IMG/VR virus record: IMGVR_UViG_3300047462_000385 | Coordinates: 1 to 64,000 of that record | DNA length: 64,000 bases | Strand: one strand, 5' to 3' | DNA from: an uncultured virus (IMG/VR IMGVR_UViG_3300047462_000385) | Taxonomy: Duplodnaviria; Heunggongvirae; Uroviricota; Caudoviricetes | In this document: one piece after another, positions 18,454-28,541 of the stretch | Layout of the letters: each line of letters starts with the position of its first letter | Position numbering within the stretch: position 1 is the first letter of the stretch | Position numbers and translations under genes: made by a program | The notes under the pieces: model-generated | What the model saw: only the letters and a program-made list of their open reading frames with translations | What the model was told of the DNA's origin: nothing | Database searches by the model: none

Positions 18454-18939
18454 ATGAGTAAGATGAATTTGGCATATATTCCAGGTTCGATTTGCAATAA
18501 ACCAATCTATAGACGACCTGCTCAGTTAGCAAAAACGACAGTAATCTTTTGTTCACATGAATGCAAAGGAAAGTCGCAACAGAAGCTTAATAAATGTACT
18601 ATGTGTGACAATATGATTTTGTCACGTCAACATAAAAAGACATGTAGTCGAAAATGTGCCAATAAACAAAAAATTGGTTTGAGATATAAACAGCTTGGTA
18701 GACCAGTAAAAGATAAGGTAAAAGATTTAGAAGCTCTTAGAAATAGGCTAATTTCATTACATGGTAATGAATGTAAAAGATGCGGATACAATAAGTATCC
18801 AATATTACACATTCATCATATAATAGAAAAATCAAAAGGTGGTCCGGACGATATCAATAATCTAGAATTAATATGCCCCTTATGTCATGCGGAAGAGCAT
18901 TACTTAAGGAGAATAGGGAATGGTGCAGGAGTGGCTTAA
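18454..18939 (+). CDS. HNH endonuclease
   Basis: HIHHIIEKSKGGPDDINNLELICPLCH; stop lies inside the next tRNA. Confidence 0.85.
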   Translation: MSKMNLAYIPGSICNKPIYRRPAQLAKTTVIFCSHECKGKSQQKLNKCTMCDNMILSRQHKKTCSRKCANKQKIGLRYKQLGRPVKDKVKDLEALRNRLISLHGNECKRCGYNKYPILHIHHIIEKSKGGPDDINNLELICPLCHAEEHYLRRIGNGAGVA

Positions 18940-19006
18940 CTGGCAACCCTGGAAAGGTTGTGGCGTCGCAAGACGTCCGAGGGTTCGAATCCCTCCCATT
19001 CCTCCA
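18917..19006 (+). tRNA. tRNA-Ser(GGA)
   Basis: CAACC-CTGGAAA-GGTTG, long variable arm, CCA. Confidence 0.92.
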
Positions 19007-19009
19007 AGT

Positions 19010-19097
19010 GGAAATGTGCTAGAGTGGTTTATAAGGCTTGTCTACTAAACAAGAGAACCGAAAGGTTCCGTGGGTTCGAATCCCACCATTTCCTCCA
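19010..19097 (+). tRNA. tRNA-Ser(ACT)
   Basis: CTTGT-CTACTAA-ACAAG, long variable arm, CCA. Confidence 0.85.
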
Positions 19098-19302
19098 ATA
19101 TTAAGAGTTAACAATGTGTGATAAGTGCATTAAAAGAGCAGTTGGTCGTGAGATTCTTGATGTCCAACTTAAGGTTGAAAAGCTTTTCAAGAAAGTGGAT
19201 GAAGATGAATCATTAAAGTAGGTTACTTAGTTGTATGGCGGATCTTGTAAAGAAATACGACAAAATTTTGGTTAAAGAGAAGAAGAGAGTAGAAGCAATT
19301 AG

Positions 19303-19393
19303 GGAAGTATGGCAGAGTGGTTTATCGCGTTCGCCTTGAAAGCGAAAGGGGGTTAATAGCCTTCCGTGGGTTCGAATCCTACTACTTCCTCCA
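19303..19393 (+). tRNA. tRNA-Ser(TGA)
   Basis: TTCGC-CTTGAAA-GCGAA, long variable arm, CCA. Confidence 0.92.
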
Positions 19394-19413
19394 GTTATTT
19401 TATTAGGTATTCA

Positions 19414-20355
19414 ATGAAGAAGATTGCTACATTAGTTGGTTGCGCCATTGGTGATGCCCTTGGTAACCCATTTGAAACAAAGCCTGCTGACAATCCAAAG
19501 CTAGTTGCTTGGGATGGGCAGTTCCAAGCTGGTGGTACGTTTTGGGTTGGTGAACCAGGTCAATACACCGACGATACCCTAATGAGTATTGCATTGGCAA
19601 CTAGCCTAGTAGAACACAATGGCTTCAATGCTGAGGACGTTGCTCAGAGATATTTGGCTTGGATGGAGTCTGGTAATACCCGAGGTATTGGTGGGACTAC
19701 TGCGGCTGCTCTTCATAATATCAAGAACGGAATGTCTTACTTGGAAAGTGGATTATCACTTAACAATGATGGCACTCCTGTTGGTGGCAATGGTACTGCA
19801 ATGAGAGCTTCACCAATTGGTTTGGCTTATCGTCATGATTTAAGCAAGCTATTGTCGGTTGCAGTGGAAGATGCTTCCATTACTCACAATTCGGATGAAC
19901 CTAAAATGGGATCCATTGCAGTTGCATTGGGAACTGCTTTATTGGCTATGGGAGATGTTCCAGCAGTCAAACATTCATCTCTTGGAGTTCTTCCGGGAGT
20001 GATTAATGTCCTTTCGGTTAACGATTGTATTGTTGTTGCCAAATTGAAATTGGCATATGAACTTTGGAAAGATGAGGTTCCGGCAGAAGAGGCACTTGCC
20101 GAAATCGGGACCAGGGGTTATGTTCCTGAGACGGTAGCCGCCGCTTTCTATTGTCTCGCCGCCACAGATAATTTTAAAGATTGTGTTGTGATGGCAGTCA
20201 AGGGTGGAGGCGATACGGACACAACGGCTGCTATAGTGGGCGCTATGGCTGGCACGCTGTATGGTTTAGAGGGCATTCCAGAAGAGTATAAGAGCGTTGA
20301 AAACTTCGAATTATTGCAGGATTTGACTGACGAACTTATCAATATCGAGATATAA
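19414..20355 (+). CDS. ADP-ribosylglycohydrolase (DraG/ARH family)
   Basis: AIGDALG, YTDDT, GNGTAMRASP, GGDTDT. Confidence 0.92.
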   Translation: MKKIATLVGCAIGDALGNPFETKPADNPKLVAWDGQFQAGGTFWVGEPGQYTDDTLMSIALATSLVEHNGFNAEDVAQRYLAWMESGNTRGIGGTTAAALHNIKNGMSYLESGLSLNNDGTPVGGNGTAMRASPIGLAYRHDLSKLLSVAVEDASITHNSDEPKMGSIAVALGTALLAMGDVPAVKHSSLGVLPGVINVLSVNDCIVVAKLKLAYELWKDEVPAEEALAEIGTRGYVPETVAAAFYCLAATDNFKDCVVMAVKGGGDTDTTAAIVGAMAGTLYGLEGIPEEYKSVENFELLQDLTDELINIEI

Positions 20356-20367
20356 TACATACAATAC

Positions 20368-20459
20368 GGAAGGTTGGCAGAGAGGCTTATCGTGTCAGTT
20401 TGCTAAATTGAAGAGGGTGTAAAAGCCCTCCGTGGGTTCGAATCCCTCACCTTCCGCCA
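20368..20459 (+). tRNA. tRNA-Ser(GCT)
   Basis: TCAGT-TTGCTAA-ATTGA, long variable arm, GCCA. Confidence 0.92.
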
Positions 20460-20601
20460 ATGATAGATAAGGTTTTGTGTTGGCTAGGCTATCATAAGTT
20501 GATCTTCAACAATAAGATACAACGAGCTGGTACCTATGAAAGTGTTTGTTCTCGTTGTGCTTTTAAAGAGATAGTCTATTGTGTTGGCTGACACGTAAGA
20601 T

Positions 20602-20693
20602 GGAAATGTGGGTGAGTGGATTATACCGCTTGTCTCTAAAACAAGAGACCGCCTAACGGTGGTCCGAAGGTTCGAATCCTTCCTTTTCCGCCA
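20602..20693 (+). tRNA. Ser-body tRNA with CTA anticodon (amber suppressor-like)
   Basis: CTTGT-CTCTAAA-ACAAG, long variable arm GACCGCC-TAA-CGGTGGTC, G73, CCA. Confidence 0.85.
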
Positions 20694-20758
20694 CTTGGGA
20701 ATATTATCGCCTTGTTGAGCTATACAATGCTTTGGAATCAACAAAAAGGATAAGATAC

Positions 20759-20832
20759 AGGGGTATCGTCTAATGGTAAGACTGAGGCTTCCAACACCTC
20801 CTACGTGGGTTCGATTCCTACTGCCCCTGCCA
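20759..20832 (+). tRNA. tRNA-Trp(CCA)
   Basis: AGGGGTA/TGCCCCT acceptor, G73, loop TTCCAAC. Confidence 0.8.
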
Positions 20833-20843
20833 CTGTAGAATGT

Positions 20844-20887
20844 AAGGCGCTCCCAATCTTTAAGATTCGGGGCGCCTTGACTTTTTA
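20844..20887 (+). terminator. putative intrinsic terminator after tRNA cluster
   Basis: AAGGCGCTCC...GGGGCGCCTT hairpin followed by a T-run. Confidence 0.5.
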
Positions 20888-20929
20888 TTTGGCATGATTA
20901 TATTGATTCAAAATTGAGGAAGCTATCAA

Positions 20930-21499
20930 ATGAATACGACTAAAGGCATGCACCAACTCAGTGAAATGTTCAAAGGTAAAGACTGGTTCCATGATGTTGG
21001 AGTAGACCCGTATGGAAGACTGGTAGTGTACGTCAAGTACGCCTGTGAAGAAACCATTCGTCATATTCCAGATACAGCCGATGGTATTCAAGTATTGGTT
21101 CACTTTGCTGGCAGCGTGACCGCTCGTAAAGAAGACTTCGTTGCTTCACCTTCGTCCAGGTTGGTGATTCAGAATCCAGACTATATGATAGTCAAACGCG
21201 AAGTTCCCAAGGTAGTGGACATTTCTCAGGAAGCTGAGTACATTGGTCAAGAGGAAGACGAACTGGAAGAGTTGCCCTCTAGCTTCTTGGTCAGCGATAT
21301 TGGCGTCCTTGCCAGAGAGTTAGATCGCTTGGAACGAATTTGCGGCAGCAATATTCTGCAAGACATTTTTTATGAGATTCATGATGGCAAGAATGCTGTC
21401 ACCAATCTGTCAGCAAGATATACTGATGTTCGTGATTCTTTGAAAGAGTTGTACGAAGAATACGGTTTCGATGTCATCTATGAAGAAATGGACGGTTGA
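20930..21499 (+). CDS. hypothetical protein
   Basis: 189-aa ORF with GAGG RBS. Confidence 0.65.
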   Translation: MNTTKGMHQLSEMFKGKDWFHDVGVDPYGRLVVYVKYACEETIRHIPDTADGIQVLVHFAGSVTARKEDFVASPSSRLVIQNPDYMIVKREVPKVVDISQEAEYIGQEEDELEELPSSFLVSDIGVLARELDRLERICGSNILQDIFYEIHDGKNAVTNLSARYTDVRDSLKELYEEYGFDVIYEEMDG

Positions 21500-21502
21500 G
21501 CT

Positions 21503-21799
21503 ATGAAAAATCTATTAGTGATCATGTGCGCCGTGACTATAGGATGTAGCGCAGAGAGTTATACTATCAGACCTAATGCTTCTTATGAGGATATGTCATT
21601 TGTCATATCAGAATCTGGGTATCCAATCATTGCGGTACGAGATGATGTAATAGCTCATGTTAAACATTTTTGCGCAGTCCGAGATAAGCAGTACGCGTTT
21701 ATTGATTGGCAAGAAAGTTTTGAAGAGCAGCATGACACTGACACTGTTAATGCCAAATTTATTTGTGTGAAATCGCTATGGGCTCCGAAAAGAAACTAA
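21503..21799 (+). CDS. putative lipoprotein
   Basis: MKNLLVIMCAVTIGC. Confidence 0.6.
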   Translation: MKNLLVIMCAVTIGCSAESYTIRPNASYEDMSFVISESGYPIIAVRDDVIAHVKHFCAVRDKQYAFIDWQESFEEQHDTDTVNAKFICVKSLWAPKRN

Positions 21800-22107
21800 T
21801 TAGAAAAGCCTTTCGAGACGCCTGCTACAAGCGTGACGGCTTCCGTTGCGCCATGTGTAACATGAAGTCTTCTAAGGAGAAATCGGAGCAGGAGCTTGAC
21901 GCTCATCATGTGACCAGAAAGATTATGCCTAACGGTGGATACGTCAAAGAAAACGGTATCTCCTTGTGTGAGGAGTGCCATAAAAAAGCTGAAGAGTTTC
22001 ACTCAACTGGAGTGGCTCACCCCGGATATGCACCGGACGATCTATACAGAAAGATCAATTCCAATTATGAGAAAGCAGTAGAAGCGAGTAAGAAATTAAG
22101 TCAATAA
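21778..22107 (+). CDS. HNH endonuclease
   Basis: RDGFRCAMC...DAHH...NGISLCEECH. Confidence 0.85.
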   Translation: MGSEKKLIRKAFRDACYKRDGFRCAMCNMKSSKEKSEQELDAHHVTRKIMPNGGYVKENGISLCEECHKKAEEFHSTGVAHPGYAPDDLYRKINSNYEKAVEASKKLSQ

Positions 22108-22243
22108 ATACCTTGTTTTAGGCGTTATATAGTAGATAGATATTAATAAAATGGAATATCTTATGTAACCAACTTGAGGAGGTAATTGAATTCTGAATTT
22201 CCCAAAACCGCTTACTGATTGATTTTCATAAAATGGAGTTGCA

Positions 22244-22594
22244 ATGACTGCACAAGACTTAGAAGTTTTAACTGTTTCCGAAACAAACTCTAACGACCAG
22301 GATGACGAATACAGCATCCCCCTAGATATCTCTGACATCATTTCAATTTGCAGAGAGTTCAATAAGCTTGGCTGGCAAATACAGAATCAAGTCGAAAATA
22401 TCCTAGAAGTCGGCGTCGAAGAATCCATTAGAAGCGGTAATGTAAAAAGAGAATCATTGCCCCATATCAAGTCCTTTTTGGAAAGTATTTGCAAGAACGC
22501 TTATTTTGGGGATGCCATTGTGCAAGCCAAAGAATGTATCTTTTTAATAAACTCATATTGTGAAAAAGATATAATATTTTCAGTTAAAAACTAA
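22244..22594 (+). CDS. hypothetical protein
   Basis: 116-aa ORF, GGAG RBS. Confidence 0.6.
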   Translation: MTAQDLEVLTVSETNSNDQDDEYSIPLDISDIISICREFNKLGWQIQNQVENILEVGVEESIRSGNVKRESLPHIKSFLESICKNAYFGDAIVQAKECIFLINSYCEKDIIFSVKN

Positions 22595-22752
22595 AATATT
22601 GTGAGCATGCAATATATTATATGCATGCTAACACCTGCACAACAAAGACGTGAACAAGATAAAAAAGATAAAGCCACTACTCTACTGGAAACGAATAGTA
22701 GAGAGTAGAGAGTGGTGAGCTTGAATGTCGAGTTTGTCACAAAATTTTACCC

Positions 22753-23217
22753 TTGAAAGATAATTTTACTCCTTGCCTTAAAAAGTTTGAACAAGCAGGA
22801 TATCTTTCTTTCAACAAAGAATGTCAAGGCTGTCGAAGCAAAAGACATTTTAATGATAGACATTTTGTTAAAACATCTTTAAGGGATGTGTTGGCAGATC
22901 GTTTATATGTTTCTACGATCAGGGCATCTAATAAAAATCTATCATTAGATATTGATTTACAGTTCTTGCTCCAGCTTTGGGAACAGCAAAATGGATTATG
23001 TTATTATACAAAGAAACCTCTATCATTGGAAATTAATAATACTAATAAAGTATCTATTGATCGTTTAGATTCTTCAAGAGGGTATACACGAGATAATGTA
23101 GTTCTATGTCGTAACTCCATCAATTATCTTAAAGGAGAGTTGCCCATTAACGATTTTAAATCTATCATAGAAGAGATTTACGACAACTTTATTAATGTTA
23201 ATTATGAAAGTATTTGA
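22753..23217 (+). CDS. HNH-like endonuclease (5' part from about 22625 is frameshifted)
   Basis: QNGLCYYT...SIDRLDSSRGYTRDNVVLC. Confidence 0.75.
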   Translation: MKDNFTPCLKKFEQAGYLSFNKECQGCRSKRHFNDRHFVKTSLRDVLADRLYVSTIRASNKNLSLDIDLQFLLQLWEQQNGLCYYTKKPLSLEINNTNKVSIDRLDSSRGYTRDNVVLCRNSINYLKGELPINDFKSIIEEIYDNFINVNYESI

Positions 23218-23662
23218 AGACAATCCGAAAAACATTTATGCTATCAAGCACAGACTTGGTGAGCTAAAGAAACACAAATCGGATTCTTGTTTTCATTACT
23301 ATGTTGGAGGCTTCATTGTCAAAATCTTTACCCATAAGATTCAAGAAGCTGGCACCATTGACATTATGTCTAACTGGATTATTAATCCAGATGGAACTCA
23401 TAGTGTTGATAAGTCATTGGACGATTGCATCACGAAACACAAAGATGTGGACGTTCAGCTTTATGAAAATAAGAAGGGTCCCGGACATACTGTCTATGAG
23501 GCTTTCATTAATATGGATTTTGATTCTCGTTTTTGTAACTATGAGCCCATTAAACATGGCGATAAGTGGGGCTCAAGAACGGGCGATAGCATGCCCATTA
23601 TCAACTTGTGCGAATTAATTAAGTATTTACATCGTTTATCTAATCTAGCAGTTTTCTTTTGA
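23195..23662 (+). CDS. hypothetical protein
   Basis: 155-aa ORF. Confidence 0.6.
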   Translation: MLIMKVFEDNPKNIYAIKHRLGELKKHKSDSCFHYYVGGFIVKIFTHKIQEAGTIDIMSNWIINPDGTHSVDKSLDDCITKHKDVDVQLYENKKGPGHTVYEAFINMDFDSRFCNYEPIKHGDKWGSRTGDSMPIINLCELIKYLHRLSNLAVFF

Positions 23663-23885
23663 GGAATATCATGAACGCAGAAGACAAAAAGGCATTGGCA
23701 GAGATTATAAAGAATTATCCTATTCGGGATGTCTTAGACACACTAACCGAAGTAATCAATGATCAGATAGATGAGCTAGTTGATTTAAATGCTGGGGAGT
23801 CTGGCATGGTAAAAGAAATGAGCATTGTCGCCCATCACTTGGAACTTTTGTGAGATAAACTAGGGCTATCATACTGCATATTAGT

Positions 23886-24389
23886 ATGGTAGCCATTCTT
23901 CTTACAATTCTCATCAGTTACATCGTTGCCAGTCTGACGGGTCATCTCATCCATTGGGCGCTACATCAGTCTTGGACCGGATTCTTAAATCAAGCCCATA
24001 TGTCACATCATTTGAAGATGTATCCTCCTGAGGACTTCACTTCAGATGTTTATAGACATGCTGGTTCTAGCAGTAGCCCAAGGTACTTTGCCTTGGTTGC
24101 CCTACCAGTTATCATAGCTCCAATTGTTTTAGGCATTCTAGGATTCTTACCATTACACTTAGTGATAATCGTATTGGCTATGGAAGGACTAATAGGATTA
24201 TTGAGCGATCGTATTCATGATGCCTTCCATATTAACAATCATTGGATGACCCGCGTGCCTGGGCTGCGTGTTATATTCGCTAGGTGGACCAAGCTCCATT
24301 ACATCCACCATGTGGATATGAGCAAGAACTACGGCATCTTCGCCTTCCACTGGGACCGTTTATTCAAAACATTTCAAGACACTAAATAA
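23886..24389 (+). CDS. fatty acid hydroxylase/sterol desaturase family membrane protein
   Basis: His boxes HWALH, HMSHH, HDAFH, HYIHH; NYG...WDRLFKT. Confidence 0.88.
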   Translation: MVAILLTILISYIVASLTGHLIHWALHQSWTGFLNQAHMSHHLKMYPPEDFTSDVYRHAGSSSSPRYFALVALPVIIAPIVLGILGFLPLHLVIIVLAMEGLIGLLSDRIHDAFHINNHWMTRVPGLRVIFARWTKLHYIHHVDMSKNYGIFAFHWDRLFKTFQDTK

Positions 24390-24406
24390 GAAAGTTGTAT
24401 ATCAGC

Positions 24407-25106
24407 ATGAGGAAAGTTTATTGCCAAAAGAAGAATGGCGAGCTGATTACCACCAATACTTACTATGCCTGGGAAGGTTTCCGATTGAAAGGATATCAAA
24501 CTCTTTTCTTTGAAGGTGAGTTTGAATCCGAAGAATTAGACAACATTCCCTTAACCAAAGACGATATCGTTTGTGGTTACATCCCTATTGTAAGGAAAGT
24601 ATTTGATAGGCTAGCTATCACCCTTCTGTGGAAGGCATATTAGGTATGGAACTCTGGCAGAGATTCACCAGCAAGACTATGATGTTAAGCCTGTCTTCAT
24701 TAAGCCGCGCTACATTCAGAAGCAATTTGTTGGTCATGTGGTGTCCCAGTTCCGAGATTTAATCAAAACCTCATCTCAGAAAATGGATATGGAGATTCAA
24801 ATCTCCGAGCCCGTTGAATTCGTAACAGAGTATCGAGGATTCGTCCTACGAGGCGATTTAGTGGGCTTAAAACACTATAAGGGCGACTTTGGCTTGGTGC
24901 CTGACGTGGCGGTCATCAAACAGGCTATCGCCGCTTATAAGGGCGCCCCAGTCGCCTATTCCATTGATTTTGGTGTTGATGACAAGGGACGTTCTTTATT
25001 AGTGGAAGTGAATGATGCTTTTGCATTAGGCAATTATGGTTTGAACAGTTTGATTTATACTGACATAATTGAGGCAAGATGGGACGAAATAATGGGCGCC
25101 ACTTGA
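24407..25106 (+). pseudogene. ATP-grasp (DUF4343-like) protein, disrupted near 24625
   Basis: PVFIKP...EYRGFV...IDFG...LVEVNDAFALG split across frames. Confidence 0.65.
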
Positions 25107-25131
25107 CACGAGCCCTCTAAATGGTTACATT
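25103..25131 (+). promoter_or_regulatory. sigma70-like promoter
   Basis: TTGACA-N17-TACATT with TGG. Confidence 0.55.
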
Positions 25132-25153
25132 GAGTACTAAGATAGATTTATTC

Positions 25154-26152
25154 ATGATTGATTTTGATCCGTATAAAACGCTAGAAGTTAGTTCTAGGGC
25201 TAGTCAATTAGTTATTAAAGCCGCCTACCAAGCTCTGATGAAGAAACATCATCCAGACCATGGCGGCACCAAAGAACAAGCCCAAGAATTGAACGAAGCT
25301 TACGAATTGCTCTCGGATACCGTCAAGCGTAAGCAATATGACAAGACCAAGAACCCTAAAGGTGGAACTGTCATTGGGAACTATAAGGTTCTAGAAGACA
25401 TTGCTGAGGGTGGTTTCGGTGTTACCTACAAGGGAGAGCATGTTATCACCAAGGATCCAGTATGCATCAAGCACTGTTCCATGGTATCAGCCGCTCATGA
25501 CAAGATTCTCATCCAAGAGATGAAATCCATCTGGGATTTGCGTCACTACGCGCTTCCAGTAATGCGTGACCTTCAGAGACTAGATGATGGTAGCTTGGCA
25601 CTCATTATGAGCTACATCAAGGGTCCTACCTTGGAACAGATTGTAGAGAAGGCTGGAAAGATTGAGCCAGAGAGCACAGCATGGATCGTTGAGCGAATCC
25701 TTAATGCTCTACTTTACCTTCATCACCATGGTGTTATTCATGGAGATATCAAGCCACAGAACGTTATCATTCAACCTGATACCCACTCAGTAGTTTTGGT
25801 AGACTTCGGTTTAGCAATGGTTAAGCCAGGAAGTTCGGACAAGTCACTAGGATACACACCAGTATTTGCCTCCCCCGAGCAAATTGATGGCAAGGCTTTA
25901 TTACCAGCGAGCGATTACTATAGCCTCGGAATGCTAATGGTATATGCCCTCAATGGTGGTAAGCGTATGGATAAAAAAGAGGTACCATCTAACGTGCCTG
26001 ATCCCATGTGCGATTTCATTCAGAAGATTACAAAGAAGGATATCTTACAAAGACCGCAACGCGATCTCTTCGATGAGTTCGTTGAAGTTCGCCACAAGTC
26101 TTTCGGTCGTTCCCGTTCAGGAATGAAGAATATCCCAGGGTTTAATAGTTAA
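25154..26152 (+). CDS. J-domain / Ser-Thr protein kinase fusion
   Basis: HPD J motif; GGFGVTY, HGDIKPQN, DFG. Confidence 0.92.
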   Translation: MIDFDPYKTLEVSSRASQLVIKAAYQALMKKHHPDHGGTKEQAQELNEAYELLSDTVKRKQYDKTKNPKGGTVIGNYKVLEDIAEGGFGVTYKGEHVITKDPVCIKHCSMVSAAHDKILIQEMKSIWDLRHYALPVMRDLQRLDDGSLALIMSYIKGPTLEQIVEKAGKIEPESTAWIVERILNALLYLHHHGVIHGDIKPQNVIIQPDTHSVVLVDFGLAMVKPGSSDKSLGYTPVFASPEQIDGKALLPASDYYSLGMLMVYALNGGKRMDKKEVPSNVPDPMCDFIQKITKKDILQRPQRDLFDEFVEVRHKSFGRSRSGMKNIPGFNS

Positions 26153-26165
26153 CAGGAGAATTATC

Positions 26166-27116
26166 ATGTCAGAATCATCAAATTATAGTCCCGGCGATTG
26201 GAAAGGTTATGACTTCGACGCAGCTCGTAAGTCCTACGATAAGCATGTAGGGCGCAGCTATAGCGACGCAAAGGCAGACAACAAGAGGACAGCGGACTTA
26301 GTTCCAGCCTCTATTAAGACTGAGAGTGAAGCTCCTCTAGTAATTTTAGTTGACGTAACTGGTTCAATGGGAGATTGGCCAGCCGTTATGTTTTCCAAGC
26401 TTCCTTATATGGATAATGAGTGTAAGGAGTATTTGGGAGAGAACTTTGAGCTAAGCTTTGGTGCAGTTGGTGATGCTAACTCTGATCAATATCCAATTCA
26501 AGTTCGTCCTTTTGCTAAAGGTCGTGATATGGAGAAGCAACTCAAGGAGCTAGTCATCGAAGGCAACGGTGGTGGTCAGTGCCATGAGAGCTATGAGCTA
26601 ACAGCCTTATACTATGCTCGTAATGCTGAAATGCCTAATGCAAAACGTCCTATTATGATTATCATTGGTGATGAAGGTTATTATGATCACGTCATCAAGA
26701 AACATGCCGCTCTAGCTCAAGTCAAGTTAGAAGGCAATGATATTTCTACCAAAGACATCTTCAAGGAGTTGAAGGAAAAGTTTTCGGTCTATTTGATCCG
26801 CAAACCTTATGACTCTGGTGATGATAAGTATATTCAGAAGAAGTGGGAAGACTTGGTGGGCAAAGAGCACATCGCCATCCTTCCTTCGGCTGATCGAGTG
26901 GTAGACGTCATCTTCGGCATCTTGGCGCAAGAGAAGAACAAGGTTCATTACTTCAAGGAAGAAATTGAAGAACGTCAACGTGAAGACCAAGTAGATACAG
27001 TTTACAAGGCTCTTAAGACCATCCACGCTATTCCTGCTAAGGTTACTGACAGTGGTGGCAAATCAGTATTACATACTCATATGAAAGGTAGCAAAACTAA
27101 GCGATTACTGCCATGA
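26166..27116 (+). CDS. vWA-domain protein
   Basis: MIDAS DVTGSM; GGGQCHESY; IIGDE. Confidence 0.85.
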   Translation: MSESSNYSPGDWKGYDFDAARKSYDKHVGRSYSDAKADNKRTADLVPASIKTESEAPLVILVDVTGSMGDWPAVMFSKLPYMDNECKEYLGENFELSFGAVGDANSDQYPIQVRPFAKGRDMEKQLKELVIEGNGGGQCHESYELTALYYARNAEMPNAKRPIMIIIGDEGYYDHVIKKHAALAQVKLEGNDISTKDIFKELKEKFSVYLIRKPYDSGDDKYIQKKWEDLVGKEHIAILPSADRVVDVIFGILAQEKNKVHYFKEEIEERQREDQVDTVYKALKTIHAIPAKVTDSGGKSVLHTHMKGSKTKRLLP

Positions 27117-28039
27117 AAAATAAAGTTCCAGAACTATCAGTTACATTATGGCCAAGCTTTCCACACTTTAAACGTTTTGCTCATGATAGCCGAGTGGATG
27201 GTATTCGACTCAATAGTGCTATGATGAGCAATCCTGAGCTGGATAAAGAGCTAGAGATTGTTAAAGGCATGACTAGCTCTAATCCCCTCTTCTTTGACGT
27301 TAAAGGACGTCAATTGAGGGTAACTGAGGTAATCCCTAATAAAGATTACTTAGATATCAGACTCAATCATCCTATCAGTGTTAAGACGCCTAGCGTAGTC
27401 TTGTTCAAGGCTGGGGCTGACGTAGCCTTATTGGATCGCCTAGAAGAGGATGGTCAAAGGCTTATCTTCGAGGGTGGACCACGATACAATGTAATTGCTG
27501 GAGAGTCACTACACATTAGAGATAAGAGCCTAGAAGTTCGAGGAAACATCTTTACTCCCCAAGAGATTCAGAAGATTGAGAAGGTTCGTGCAGCGGGCTT
27601 CAACAAATACTATCTGTCTTATGTGGAGCAGCAAAGTGATGTGGATCAGTTTTTGGAACTGGTTGGTCGTGATGCTGAGGTCTGGTTGAAGATTGAAAGC
27701 CTTGCTGGCATGAAGTATGCCATCAACACATTTAAGAAGAAAGACAACCTGGTTTTGGTGGCAGCTCGTGGAGATTTGTTCGTTGAGCTTGACAAACCAC
27801 ACCATATGATTCATGCTTTGCGTGCAATTATTAAAGCAGACCCCGAGGCTTGTGTTGGGTCTCGCATCTTGCTTTCAGTCATTGATAGCCCAGTTCCATC
27901 GTGTGCCGACCTAATTGAGATTGCTTGGCTAAATGATATTGGCTTCCGTCGCATGCTACTATGTGACGAGCTTTGTCTTAAAGAAAACCTATTAGCCACG
28001 GCAGTAGCCGTTTTTGATGGTGTCAAGCGAGAGTTGTGA
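27113..28039 (+). CDS. pyruvate kinase-like barrel protein (no C-terminal domain)
   Basis: IRLNSA, DVKGRQLRV, KIES, ARGDLFVE. Confidence 0.8.
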   Translation: MKNKVPELSVTLWPSFPHFKRFAHDSRVDGIRLNSAMMSNPELDKELEIVKGMTSSNPLFFDVKGRQLRVTEVIPNKDYLDIRLNHPISVKTPSVVLFKAGADVALLDRLEEDGQRLIFEGGPRYNVIAGESLHIRDKSLEVRGNIFTPQEIQKIEKVRAAGFNKYYLSYVEQQSDVDQFLELVGRDAEVWLKIESLAGMKYAINTFKKKDNLVLVAARGDLFVELDKPHHMIHALRAIIKADPEACVGSRILLSVIDSPVPSCADLIEIAWLNDIGFRRMLLCDELCLKENLLATAVAVFDGVKREL

Positions 28040-28541
28040 GGATAATATGTGCGAAGATTTATCAGACGGATTATTTACAGTCAAATGTGATTGTGGTGTT
28101 GAGTTCCCCGCCGAGAATGGCAAATGTTCTTGTGGCAATAAAGGGGGAGAGTTGAGATTGGATGTTGATCAATTTCTTAACCGAGTCTATTCTTTACAAA
28201 AAAGGAAAAAAGATGAGGGTGAAGGATTAGATCTTGTCTTTGATGTATTCTGGCAGTTGTATGATCGCTTTGATATTATGAATGATATCCTGGCAAAATT
28301 AGATGTTACTCAAATAGATACAACTCTCATGGTTGGGTTTATAACTCAAACTTTTAAATATGATAAGCAAGTTACAAATCATGCGGGGCTTTGTGATCGA
28401 ATAGAAGCACGTCTTAGAGAGCTGGGCGAATCTGAAGAAAGAATTGCTCGTCTAGTTACCGGACGGCGTACAGCTGGTAATTACTGGGACAATATGAAAG
28501 CTTTTGGGGCTCCCGGCTGGTTAAGCGGACCAAAGCCGTGA
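28014..28541 (+). CDS. hypothetical protein
   Basis: 175-aa ORF. Confidence 0.55.
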   Translation: MMVSSESCEDNMCEDLSDGLFTVKCDCGVEFPAENGKCSCGNKGGELRLDVDQFLNRVYSLQKRKKDEGEGLDLVFDVFWQLYDRFDIMNDILAKLDVTQIDTTLMVGFITQTFKYDKQVTNHAGLCDRIEARLRELGESEERIARLVTGRRTAGNYWDNMKAFGAPGWLSGPKP

